DNA of 64,000 nt from assembly GCA_965200315.1 (NCBI GenBank), contig OZ241362.1, positions 256,001-320,000 of the forward strand. Direction: 5' to 3'. This document shows positions 10,413-20,051 of this stretch, piece after piece. Made by a program: the position numbers and the translations under genes. The notes beneath the pieces were generated by a model that saw nothing but the letters and a program-made list of their open reading frames with translations, searched no databases and was not told where the DNA came from. The DNA is from Candidatus Latescibacterota bacterium. Lineage in GTDB: Bacteria > Latescibacterota > UBA2968 > UBA8231. The number at the start of each line of letters is the position of its first letter. Position 1 is the first letter of the stretch.

Positions 10413-12863
10413 ATGTACAACTGTGCCATCGCCTTAGCACTACTACTCGCCTGCCACGCCCGCGCTGAGTTTCTCACCTTTGACCGCCAAGAGACTTGGG
10501 AGGCCAGCTGGTCGCTCAAGCCCCAGTTAAACATCTTCACGCCGGAAGGGCACTTGGGGCTGATCAAGTTCCGCAAGGACATCAACGCCGCGCTCGACGC
10601 CCATCTCTTCGTCCACCCGACCAATGAGCGCGGGGATGTGGCCGGTGGCATCTGGTCTGCGCTGAGCAACCCGAACGACGCTGCTCTAATCATCGACGGG
10701 GATGCCGCTACCTTTTGGCAGCCAGCCGGCGACGACCCGCTCGACAAGTGGATCGTGCAAATCGACTTGGGCCGCGCGGTACTGGCCCAAGAGATCCGCA
10801 TCCACTTCCCCGATGAAGAAGGGGCCAAACCCTTCCGTCAGTTCAGCGTTTTCGCCTCTACGGGTGCCCACGTGGCGGCCTTAGAGGACGTATATCGCTT
10901 CGCGCCGGTCTATCGCACGACCAAGCCCAACTTGGATACGTATGTCAGCTTTGGCTTCAAGCCGGCCGTGGAGGATACCACCCGCGCCGTGGAGCAACTA
11001 GGCGACGCTGGCGGCAATGCGGATTTTGCCGCTCCAGAGTTCACCGGCGATGCCAATACCGCCACCACGGGGGGCCGCAACAAGCTAGTGGCGACCGGCC
11101 AAGAGAATTCGCGGGTGGCCGCTAACTCTAGGTGGCAGATGATCCAGTTCATCCGCTTCCTCGTCGATGAGCACCAGCTCGATGGCGCACTCGCCGAAAT
11201 CGAGGTCATTACCGTTGGCGACAATATCAGCCTTGGGGTCGAGGAAAAGGGCGGCACGTACATCAATGGATCGCGGGCGACCGATCCCTTCTTCTGGCTC
11301 GACGGCAACCTCAATACGTACGGCGTTATCGAGGTACATCAGCAGTTTACCGAGTCGCGCGGCACGGCCTTTGAAGGGGGTTTGTGGTGGCAGGTCGATC
11401 TGGGGGCGACCTACTGGGTGGACGACGCGTTCGTCTATTGGCAAAAAGCTGGTGAGCGTCTCGCTGACTTTCGCTTGGGGACCAACAACGCCGGCACAGG
11501 GTACACCTTTTTCTCTTCCGACGGCACCAAGACCCTGACCGGAGAAATTGACTTTGATACGTGGATTTTTGAACCGGAATGGACCAATGCCCGCGAGCAA
11601 TACAAGCGGCACTACCGATATTTGTTCAATCCGCGCAAGGTGCGGCACATCTTCTGGTTGGCCTTGCACGATTTGGGTTGGCGCGCCCATCCCATGGAGC
11701 TACAGATGTTCTCCCCAGGCTACCCGGCCCAAGTCGTGATCCAATCGAACTTTTTGGACCTGAGTGCGCTCGCAGGCGAACCCAAGGTGATCAAGGCCGT
11801 CCACTACGACGCCGACCTGCCGCCCAATACCCAGATCGAACTGCGCTCCCGCTCGGGCAACGAGATGGGCGAGGTGTACACCTTTCACAACAAAATCGGC
11901 GAAGTAGTAACCGAGGAGAAGTGGAAAAGTTCGCCCAAGGTGCTGCGGGGCCGAGTGGATACCTCGGTCGTCGTCGGGGAGGATTGGAGCGAGTGGAGCA
12001 ACGTGTACAAGCTGTCGGGCGAGCCTTTTAAGTCGGACTCGCCGCGCAAGTTCGTGCAGCTAGAGCTGGTTATGAGCACGGAAGATCCCGAGGTGGCTCC
12101 TACGGTGCGCTCGGTCGAGCTGGAATTTGTCGATGCGCTGGTCAACGAGGCGCACGGGTCGATTCTGCCGCGTCAAGCCAAGCCCAACGAGAATACCCGT
12201 TTCACCTATATGCTGTGGCCGTCCGTGACCTCGGGGAACACGGGCTTTGATCGCCTGCGCTTGGTCGTGCCCGACTTGGTGCGGGCCGATGAAGTCGAGG
12301 TAATGATCGCCGCTCAGGTGGTTGCGCCGACGGCTATGAACATTGCCGCGGATTCGCTGTTGATCGACTTGCCGCAGGTGGTTCAAGGCGACTCGGTGCA
12401 GGTCGCTTTCACTACTCGGATAGTGCGGAACGCCGCAGTCGTAGAAGCCGATCTGGGTCTGAGCGACGCGCCCGGCCTGTGGCAGGACGTCGAGCCTGCC
12501 CAGCGCCGGTCCAACATAGTGCTCTTGCCCGAACTAGCCGATAGCGACCGCTTGATTGGCGACTTGCAGCTTTCGAGCCGAGTGCTCACGCCCAATGGCG
12601 ATGGAGTCAACGATGCAGTGGAGTTGAGCTTTGTCGTCTTCAAGGCCCAAGATGCGGTGCCCATAGTCGAGGTGAGCGACTTAGTCGGCCGGCCAGTGGC
12701 CCAATTGACGCCGATCTCAGAGGGGCCGCCCCACCGTTTTGAGTGGAATGGGCAAGACGCAGCCGGCGCGATTGTGCCTCCGGGCATCTATCTCTGGCGC
12801 ATAGACGTAAATGCGGACTCGGGCGATACCATTGAACTGCGCGTCGTCGAGGTGGCCTACTGA
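10413..12863 (+). CDS. Exported protein, paralog with discoidin-like domains and FlgD-Ig/CHU_C-like C-terminus
   Basis: Signal peptide ...ARA; IIDGDAATFWQP...IDLGR; LTPNGDGVND...WNGQD...PGIY; ends VEVAY. Confidence 0.75.
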   Translation: MYNCAIALALLLACHARAEFLTFDRQETWEASWSLKPQLNIFTPEGHLGLIKFRKDINAALDAHLFVHPTNERGDVAGGIWSALSNPNDAALIIDGDAATFWQPAGDDPLDKWIVQIDLGRAVLAQEIRIHFPDEEGAKPFRQFSVFASTGAHVAALEDVYRFAPVYRTTKPNLDTYVSFGFKPAVEDTTRAVEQLGDAGGNADFAAPEFTGDANTATTGGRNKLVATGQENSRVAANSRWQMIQFIRFLVDEHQLDGALAEIEVITVGDNISLGVEEKGGTYINGSRATDPFFWLDGNLNTYGVIEVHQQFTESRGTAFEGGLWWQVDLGATYWVDDAFVYWQKAGERLADFRLGTNNAGTGYTFFSSDGTKTLTGEIDFDTWIFEPEWTNAREQYKRHYRYLFNPRKVRHIFWLALHDLGWRAHPMELQMFSPGYPAQVVIQSNFLDLSALAGEPKVIKAVHYDADLPPNTQIELRSRSGNEMGEVYTFHNKIGEVVTEEKWKSSPKVLRGRVDTSVVVGEDWSEWSNVYKLSGEPFKSDSPRKFVQLELVMSTEDPEVAPTVRSVELEFVDALVNEAHGSILPRQAKPNENTRFTYMLWPSVTSGNTGFDRLRLVVPDLVRADEVEVMIAAQVVAPTAMNIAADSLLIDLPQVVQGDSVQVAFTTRIVRNAAVVEADLGLSDAPGLWQDVEPAQRRSNIVLLPELADSDRLIGDLQLSSRVLTPNGDGVNDAVELSFVVFKAQDAVPIVEVSDLVGRPVAQLTPISEGPPHRFEWNGQDAAGAIVPPGIYLWRIDVNADSGDTIELRVVEVAY

Positions 12864-12893
12864 ACTTGAAGCGACCCGCTGGAGTTTGTTGCC

Positions 12894-13547
12894 ATGTTGA
12901 ACATTGTGAGAATTTCCTCGCTAGTTGTATTCATCGCTCTCACGGCCTGTGCCCAAGGATCGGGCGTGGTGTCCAAACGCCAGTTGAACTTATCCAAGCG
13001 TGGGATATCAACGACTCCTCCCAGCGTTACCGAGGGACAGGTCGGGCCTTTGCTGATACGGGGCCGCAGTGCATATCAGGCCGAAGTTGAAAGGACGATA
13101 GAGAGAGCCCAATCCGTGCCCATGGAAGATTCTGGTCTATTCGCCTTTTTCGGCACTGTTGATAAAAGCTATCTCCGATCGCAGGTGACAGATGTCCATC
13201 TGGAGATCATCCCCCGTATCATCGGGGTATTGCAAAGTCAAGGAGATGCCTTTACGAACAAAAATGTATCGCTTGAGTTTGCGGTTTCTTTTGTGATCAC
13301 AGACCTCCATTTTTGGTATGAAGTACCCAGGGATCATCTCAACCATCGGGTGGGCAATGGCTCTATGCACTTGGAGTTAGAAATAAGGCGCTTGGAAACC
13401 AACGAGGTCGAAGCGACGCATTTTTTGATCGAACAGCTAAAAAAACCCGAGTCCGCTGGCATGTACAGGTTGGATGGCCTACTTGATGAGGTCGCACAGC
13501 AGACGGGCCAAGTTGTCGTAGAATTCATGAGGTCGTTGGAACTGTAA
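12894..13547 (+). CDS. Hypothetical lipoprotein
   Basis: 217-aa ORF with lipobox LTAC filling the gap between paralogs; no family recognised. Confidence 0.6.
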   Translation: MLNIVRISSLVVFIALTACAQGSGVVSKRQLNLSKRGISTTPPSVTEGQVGPLLIRGRSAYQAEVERTIERAQSVPMEDSGLFAFFGTVDKSYLRSQVTDVHLEIIPRIIGVLQSQGDAFTNKNVSLEFAVSFVITDLHFWYEVPRDHLNHRVGNGSMHLELEIRRLETNEVEATHFLIEQLKKPESAGMYRLDGLLDEVAQQTGQVVVEFMRSLEL

Positions 13548-13600
13548 AACCTTCTGGCGATGGGAAGTTTAACTTCAATATCAACGAGGCTTGCAGTAGC

Positions 13601-15949
13601 ATGATCGAGAGACTCGGGATTTGCTGCATGCTCACGGCCTTGTTCATCTGCGGTGCGAGCCGTGCCGAGGAAATCCGCTTCGATACCCCGGCCGAGTGGG
13701 CGACTTGGGAAGTCCCGGAGGACATCGTCCAGTTTGCAGACGACGGCTCGCTGGAACTGAGGAAATTCCGCAAGCAGATCAACGCCACTCTTGATGCTCA
13801 TCTCTTCACCCAGCCTACCCAGACTCGCGGTAAGGTCCAGGGGGGGATCTGGCAGGTCGGCTCCAATCCGACCGCAGCCCGGCGCATCATGGACGGGAAC
13901 GAGGAGACAGTGTGGCGGCCTAGCCAAGCCGACGACTTGGTCGATTGGGTGGTGACCATTGACTTGGGGCGGCCCGTGCTAGCCGAGCGCATTCGCTTGG
14001 TGTTTCCCGACCGCGCAGGGGCGCGTCCTTGGCGACAATTCAGCGTTTTCACGGCCAATGGTGCGCGCATTCAGGCCACGGACGACATTTTCAAGTTCGA
14101 CCAAACCTTTCAGACGACCCAGCCCAACCAAGAGCAGGTCGTCGATATCGAATTGGTCGGTGAGCGCGACGTAACGCGAGTCATCGACGAAAGCCTTGGG
14201 CTGGAACCAGCCGCGCTGAACACCTTCCGCATGGTGCGCTTTGTGCGCGTGCGCGCCGACGAAAAGAGCACTGACGCGGCCTTGGCAGAAGTAGAGGTGA
14301 TCGCCGCCGGCGACAACATAAGTCTCGGGGTTTTGGCGCGCGGGGGCAGCTTTGACAACGGACTTTTGGCGCGTGAGCCGCAGAACATGTTCGACGGCAT
14401 CACCGACACGTACGGCAATATATTCACCGTCAAGACCAAGGGCGGCTGGCGCGAGAGCGGGGTGTGGTGGTCGGTTGATTTAGGGGCGCTGTTCTGGCTC
14501 GACGAGGCATTCATCTACTGGCAGCATCGCGGCGAGGGCCTGTCGAGCTTCCTATTCGAGGGATTGCAGGCTGGTTCCGGCTACCAAATCCTCTTTTCCG
14601 ATGGGCGGCGCACCATTGCCGGAGACATCGACTACACGCCACTGATCTTTGAGCCAAGGCCAGTCGGCGCAGAGTGGAACTTGCGCCACCATCGCTACGC
14701 ATTTGCCCCGCGCAAGATCCGCTACTTGTTCTGGCATTCGCTGACCGATACCGGCTGGTTTTCGCATCCCATGGAGCTGATGCTGTTTTCGCCGGGTTAT
14801 CCCGCGCAAGTGGTGTTGCGCTCGGGCTTTATCGATCTCGGCCAACTCGCTGGCGATGGTCGCGCCAAGGCCATCAAACGCTTGCGCTGGGAGGCGACAA
14901 CGCCGGCTCAGACGCGATTACAGGTGCGCTCGCGGTCGGGCAACACCCTGCAAGAGTTCTACACGTTCTACGACAAAAAGGGCGAGGAAGTTACCGAGAC
15001 GCGCTACGGGAGCCTGCCCAAAGTCATCCGCGGCCCTATTGACACCACGGTCGTCGTGGGGGCCGATTGGGGTGCGTGGAGCAACTTCTACCAGTTTTCC
15101 GGCGATGCGTTTAAGTCGGAGACGCCGCGCCGCTTTATTCAATTGGAACTGATTCTCTCCACCGAGGAGCCGGCTGTCGCGCCAGTGCTGCACGCGCTGG
15201 CGCTAGATTTTGAGGATGCGCTAGTCGCACAGGTAGCTGGGCAGATTACACCGCGCCACGCCGTACCCAACGCGGCGACACAGTTCACGTACACGTTGTG
15301 GACCAACGCGGCCGAAGGCGACACGGGCTTTGACCGGCTGCGCTTGTCCACGCCGAGTGCGGTGGATGCTGCGGCCGTGCGGCTGTGGATTGGTGGTGCG
15401 GCGCACGAGCCGAGAGGGGTGCGGGTGGAAGGGGATTCGCTGCTGTTGGTAGATTTACCGCAGGTGGTGCGGACGGATTCGATCGCCGTGGAGTTTACCG
15501 CGAAGGTGTTGCGCAATGCCACGGTCTTTGCCGCGGACTTGGGGCAAGCAGCGCGTCCCGATCTGTGGCAGTCGGTCGAGGCGGCTGCGCGACAAGCGAA
15601 CTTGGTCTTTTTGCCGGATCTGCCCGGCAGCGCGCGGCTGATCGGCGATTTGCAGATTGTGCCGTCGGTGTTTTCGCCCAACGGCGACGGGATCAACGAC
15701 CGCGTGCAGATTCGCTTTGCGCTGTTCAAGGCGGTGGATGCGTCTCCGCGCGTGGGCATCTTCGACTTGGCGGGTCGGGAAGTGGCGACTCTTGCATCGT
15801 CTGGTGGGGATGTGTTGCAGTCGTTTAGCTGGGATGGGTTGGATGCGTCGGGTGCGCGGGTGGGGCCTGGGGTGTACGTGTGCCGCATTGACGCGGGAGC
15901 CGATGCCGGGCAAGGGAAAGTAATACGCACCCTAGCCGTAGCCTATTGA
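13601..15949 (+). CDS. Exported protein, paralog of 10413..12863
   Basis: Shared blocks KFRKxINAxLDAH, HPMELxxFSPGYPAQVV, RSRSGN; FSPNGDGIND; ends LAVAY. Confidence 0.75.
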   Translation: MIERLGICCMLTALFICGASRAEEIRFDTPAEWATWEVPEDIVQFADDGSLELRKFRKQINATLDAHLFTQPTQTRGKVQGGIWQVGSNPTAARRIMDGNEETVWRPSQADDLVDWVVTIDLGRPVLAERIRLVFPDRAGARPWRQFSVFTANGARIQATDDIFKFDQTFQTTQPNQEQVVDIELVGERDVTRVIDESLGLEPAALNTFRMVRFVRVRADEKSTDAALAEVEVIAAGDNISLGVLARGGSFDNGLLAREPQNMFDGITDTYGNIFTVKTKGGWRESGVWWSVDLGALFWLDEAFIYWQHRGEGLSSFLFEGLQAGSGYQILFSDGRRTIAGDIDYTPLIFEPRPVGAEWNLRHHRYAFAPRKIRYLFWHSLTDTGWFSHPMELMLFSPGYPAQVVLRSGFIDLGQLAGDGRAKAIKRLRWEATTPAQTRLQVRSRSGNTLQEFYTFYDKKGEEVTETRYGSLPKVIRGPIDTTVVVGADWGAWSNFYQFSGDAFKSETPRRFIQLELILSTEEPAVAPVLHALALDFEDALVAQVAGQITPRHAVPNAATQFTYTLWTNAAEGDTGFDRLRLSTPSAVDAAAVRLWIGGAAHEPRGVRVEGDSLLLVDLPQVVRTDSIAVEFTAKVLRNATVFAADLGQAARPDLWQSVEAAARQANLVFLPDLPGSARLIGDLQIVPSVFSPNGDGINDRVQIRFALFKAVDASPRVGIFDLAGREVATLASSGGDVLQSFSWDGLDASGARVGPGVYVCRIDAGADAGQGKVIRTLAVAY

Positions 15950-15957
15950 GGAATGCC

Positions 15958-17832
15958 ATGACTGTAGCTCCAGCCGTATACCGCGATCAAAAGTGGATCA
16001 TCTCGCCCTTTGGCGACCTGTTCTTTTTTATTGGTACGCCACTTTTGTGCTTGGTGACCATGCTGCCATTGCGGGCCGTGTTTGACTCGCAGACCATCGC
16101 CTTCTACGCGCTGGCCCTGTTTGCCACCGGCCACCATTTGCCGGGCTTTATGCGCGCATACGGCGACCCGGAGCTATTCAGTACCTTCAAGGAGAGGTTT
16201 ATCGTCGCGCCCATCGTCGTGCTCTTTGTGACGGCGCTGGCGCAATTCAATACCCTGCACGGGCTTTTCCTGGTGGTGCTAGTATGGGAGATCTGGCACC
16301 TGTTTATGCAGCACTACGGCATTATGCGAATCTACGATGCCAAAAACAAAATTTTCTCCAAGCTCGACGCCCGGCTCGACTGGCTATTGACCTTATGTGC
16401 CTTTGCAACGGTGGTCATCTATAGCCCCGAATACTTCCACCGCATCCTTGACCACAACCAGCGGGTTGGCGTGCCCTTCCTGTCGGCCGAATGGACGTTC
16501 CTGCTCAAAAAGGTGCTGTTCTATGTTGCGATGGCCGTGCTCGCGGCGTACTTGGCCAATATCGCCCGGCGGGCAATTACCGGTCAGAAGATAAGCCTAC
16601 CCAAAATCGCGGTGATGGCGACCACGGTGTTTATCATCTACTATGGCTGGATACATATCAACGACCTCGTCATCGGCTACGCGGCCTTTGCCGTTTTCCA
16701 CGATATCCAGTACTTCGCCATCGTCTGGATCTACAACAACAACCTCGTCAAAAGGCAGGAGCGCACCACCAAGCTCCTGCGCACGTTCTTCACCACGCGC
16801 ACCTTGCCCATTTTAGTCGCGTATGTGCTCGTCTGCTTTGCCTACGGCAGCATCAACATGATGGAGGGCTTCCTCAAGTCCGAGCAGGCGATCAAAATGG
16901 TCGAGATTTTCGTCATCACCTCGACGCTTTTGCACTACTACTTCGACGGGTTCATCTGGAAGATCCGCGACCGCAAAAACCAAGCCAATCTGGGGATCAA
17001 CGCTGAGGACGGGTCGGACCGCATTGGGTTGCGGGCGTTGACTGGCGGCTTGGCCTCGTACTTCCGCGAGACCGGCCGACAGTTGGCCTATTTCGCGGTG
17101 CCGATGGTGACGCTGTCGCTTTTCCAGTTTTACTGGACGGCCGACGAGGCCGAGGCGCGGGAGAAGATGGTCGAATTGTTCCCGGACTTGGCCGGTGCCC
17201 ACAACAACCTCGGCGTCTTTTATGCGCGGCAGGGCGATTGGGAAAGGGCCGCCGGAGAGTATCGGCGGGCGCTAGCGCTGGATGCGGGGGCCTATGAGGC
17301 GCACAAGAACCTCGGCCTGCTCTACGCGCGGCAGGGGGCGCTCGACAAGGCGCATCAGCACTACCAGCAGGCGATTGACCACAAGCCGCGCTACGTCGAG
17401 GCGCTCAACGCGCAGGGCTTGGTCTTTTTGCAGCGGGGCGAGTTTGCCAAGGCCGAGGAACGCTTCCGCGAGGCCCTTGACGAGTTCGACTATGCTCCGG
17501 CGTACAACAACCTCGGCACGGCCTATTTGCAGATGGAAAACGTGCCGGAGGCGATCTCTGCCTACCAAAAGGCCGTCGCGCTCAACCGGGCCGATGCTTC
17601 GCACCACTTCAACTTGGGGCTGGCCTTGCAGAAGGCCGGAGAGAACGAGCGGGCGGTCGCCGCGTTTGCCGCGGCGCTCTCTTTAGAGCCACGCCACGTC
17701 AAAGCCTATTTGAGCATGGCGCTTTCCTACCAGCGGCTGGGCCATATTGCCGCGGCGCGGCAGGCCTTGCAGCAACTCTTGGCGGTGGAGCCGAACCACG
17801 CCACGGCAGCGCGGCTGTTGGCCCAGTTGTGA
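15958..17832 (+). CDS. Multi-pass membrane protein with His motifs, fused to a C-terminal TPR array
   Basis: Multiple TM segments with GHH, WHLFMQHYG, FHDIQY, LHYYFDGFIWK; TPRs after about aa 400. Confidence 0.75.
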   Translation: MTVAPAVYRDQKWIISPFGDLFFFIGTPLLCLVTMLPLRAVFDSQTIAFYALALFATGHHLPGFMRAYGDPELFSTFKERFIVAPIVVLFVTALAQFNTLHGLFLVVLVWEIWHLFMQHYGIMRIYDAKNKIFSKLDARLDWLLTLCAFATVVIYSPEYFHRILDHNQRVGVPFLSAEWTFLLKKVLFYVAMAVLAAYLANIARRAITGQKISLPKIAVMATTVFIIYYGWIHINDLVIGYAAFAVFHDIQYFAIVWIYNNNLVKRQERTTKLLRTFFTTRTLPILVAYVLVCFAYGSINMMEGFLKSEQAIKMVEIFVITSTLLHYYFDGFIWKIRDRKNQANLGINAEDGSDRIGLRALTGGLASYFRETGRQLAYFAVPMVTLSLFQFYWTADEAEAREKMVELFPDLAGAHNNLGVFYARQGDWERAAGEYRRALALDAGAYEAHKNLGLLYARQGALDKAHQHYQQAIDHKPRYVEALNAQGLVFLQRGEFAKAEERFREALDEFDYAPAYNNLGTAYLQMENVPEAISAYQKAVALNRADASHHFNLGLALQKAGENERAVAAFAAALSLEPRHVKAYLSMALSYQRLGHIAAARQALQQLLAVEPNHATAARLLAQL

Positions 17833-17833
17833 G

Positions 17834-20008
17834 CTAGTGGCTATGCGCTGGCTGGCCCTCGTTGGCTAGCGCGAGGGGATTGATGTTCAAACGCTCCAAA
17901 GCCGTGGCGTCCTCGCGCACCCGATACACTTCATTGACCGGCACGTTGGTAAAAGTTTGCACTGTGCCCGACGGCCAGTGCAAAATCAGCGCGTCGAGTA
18001 TCTGAGCCTGCCCCAATCCGATCTCCTGCTGTAAGGTCGAAGCCCCAAAACTCGCGCCCGTGCCGGCGACGATGTGAATCGTCCGCGTCCCCATGCGAGC
18101 TTGAATCCGCGTTCCAATCCCAGCTCGATTCGACTTGGTTCCCTCCAGTTTGAGGGTGATCCAATGGTTGCCGTGCCCAGGGTTTTCGAAGAGCACGTTG
18201 GTGTACACGTCTCCCGAATAGGCACCGCCGACTACCGAGTAGATATCCTGATCGCCGTCGTTATCGATATCGCCGAAGGCGACGCCGTGCCCTTTTTGCA
18301 GGTGCCCGAAACCGCCGGAGGTGGTCACGTCTTCGAAGTGCTGTCCTGCGGCGTTGCGGAACATGCGGTTGGGCATTAGGGAACGGTAATCGGGATCGCC
18401 GGTGCCAGCGTAGAAATCGAGCCAGCCGTCGTTGTCGAGGTCGCCGAAGTTGCAGCCCATCGTATAGAGGACCTTGTCGCTGTGGGTTTGTTGGGCCATG
18501 TCGGCGAAAGTGCCGTCGCCTTGGTTGCGGTAGAGACGAGGCGGCTCTCCCTTGTGAGGTAGGTCCATGTAGTCGGCGGCGACATCGCCAGCGTCGGCCT
18601 TGTAGCCAGAGACGAATAGGTCGAGCCAGCCGTCGTTGTCGTAGTCCCAAAACCACACTGGGAAGCTGAAAGTTGGCTGACTCACGCCAGCGCGGGCGGT
18701 TATGTTGGAGAAACGCCAGCGGCCGTTGGCCGCTGGACCGTCGTTGTAGAAAAGCAGGTTGGGCTGGCCGAGGCGGGAGATGTAGAGGTCGGGCCGGCGG
18801 TCGTTGTCGATGTCGCCCCAAGCCACCCCTTTGACGAAGCCCTCGACGGCCAAGCCGACTTCGGCCGCCACATCAACGAAGGTTCCGTCACCTTGATTGC
18901 GGAACAGCTCGCAGGGATGCTGCTCTTCGGCGGAGGATTCATTGCCTACGAACAGGTCGAGCCAACCGTCGTTGTCGAAGTCGGCCCAGGCAGCCGTCTG
19001 CGTGGGGTGCAATGTGAGCAGCCCAGCCGCCGCGGTTACATCGGCGAAAGTGCCGTCGCCTTGGTTGCGCAATAGCGAATTGGGGTGGAGTCCGTCGGCA
19101 CCAAACCAGCCGCCGCGCAGAACCAGCACATCGGCGAAGCCGTCGTTGTCAAAGTCCGTCTGGACGGCGTTGAGGCCGCCAACTAGGCCGGTCAAACCAG
19201 CGGCGGCCGTGCGCTCGGCAAAGGTTCCGTCGCCTTGATTGCGGAAGTAGCGCAGGGGATCGTCGAGACCCCAAGAAGTGGCGATGATGTCGAGGAAACC
19301 GTCGTTGTCAAAGTCTTCCATAATGCCGCCTCCAGCCAAGCCGAGGACATTCAACCCCAAGTCGGGAGCGCGGTCGGGGAAGTGGCCGATATCGGCGTCA
19401 GCGGCGAATAGCTCGGGGGGAATGAGATGGGCGGCTGGCACTTGATGCGGATATTCGCCTACGGTCATATAGGCGATGTTGAGCAACCAGCGCGAAGTCA
19501 GGTCGTAGGGCGTCTTTTTTAGAATTGCTCGATAGTAAGCGATAGCCGCACGCGATCCATCTTGTGTCTTGTGAACTCCCTCGGCCGCGATGGGCAGCAG
19601 GCAGGAAGCGAGATTGTGCTCGTCAAGGCAGTTTTGCTGCTCGCCGAGCCGCAAATAGGCGAGAGCGATCATCTCTTCAAGGCTCGGTCGGGTGCGAAAG
19701 CGGTGGGCATCGGCTTGCTCGCGCACCTGCTCAAACAGGGCGGCTGCCTCGGCGGATGCGCCGGCGCGCAACAACTCTTTGGCTAGTTCGACCTGTCGGC
19801 TGAGTTGTTGCACGGGATCGTCTGGCGCGGGCTGGCGGCGCAGCCAGTCAACGCGGTGCTGGCTCAAATAGATGTTGTCCTCGGCGTTGGCCTGAGTAGC
19901 GAGGGCGGCGAGTTGCTCGGCCATGCGCTGGGTGCCGGGAGTTTGGTAGGGATCGGCAGCGCAACTGGCTAAAGCAAAAACCAAGAAGGCGATGGCGCAG
20001 GGGTTCAT
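17834..20008 (-). CDS. CRTAC1-family lipoprotein (helical N-terminus, FG-GAP repeats, ASPIC/UnbV)
   Basis: Lipobox LASC; repeated DFDNDGxxD and RNQGDGTF; C-terminal EIGLG...HWPSG. Confidence 0.87.
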   Translation of the reverse strand: MNPCAIAFLVFALASCAADPYQTPGTQRMAEQLAALATQANAEDNIYLSQHRVDWLRRQPAPDDPVQQLSRQVELAKELLRAGASAEAAALFEQVREQADAHRFRTRPSLEEMIALAYLRLGEQQNCLDEHNLASCLLPIAAEGVHKTQDGSRAAIAYYRAILKKTPYDLTSRWLLNIAYMTVGEYPHQVPAAHLIPPELFAADADIGHFPDRAPDLGLNVLGLAGGGIMEDFDNDGFLDIIATSWGLDDPLRYFRNQGDGTFAERTAAAGLTGLVGGLNAVQTDFDNDGFADVLVLRGGWFGADGLHPNSLLRNQGDGTFADVTAAAGLLTLHPTQTAAWADFDNDGWLDLFVGNESSAEEQHPCELFRNQGDGTFVDVAAEVGLAVEGFVKGVAWGDIDNDRRPDLYISRLGQPNLLFYNDGPAANGRWRFSNITARAGVSQPTFSFPVWFWDYDNDGWLDLFVSGYKADAGDVAADYMDLPHKGEPPRLYRNQGDGTFADMAQQTHSDKVLYTMGCNFGDLDNDGWLDFYAGTGDPDYRSLMPNRMFRNAAGQHFEDVTTSGGFGHLQKGHGVAFGDIDNDGDQDIYSVVGGAYSGDVYTNVLFENPGHGNHWITLKLEGTKSNRAGIGTRIQARMGTRTIHIVAGTGASFGASTLQQEIGLGQAQILDALILHWPSGTVQTFTNVPVNEVYRVREDATALERLNINPLALANEGQPAHSH

Positions 20009-20051
20009 AAGGGGCTAGATCAGATAGAGACGGCGATTATTCCGACGGCGA

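Noticed and set aside
17834-20008. Recurring DNA motifs (e.g. gccgtcgttgtc, ccgtcgccttg) as a possible CRISPR or repeat array
   Set aside because: They encode FG-GAP blade motifs DNDG and NQGDGTF inside a CDS; no constant repeat-spacer period
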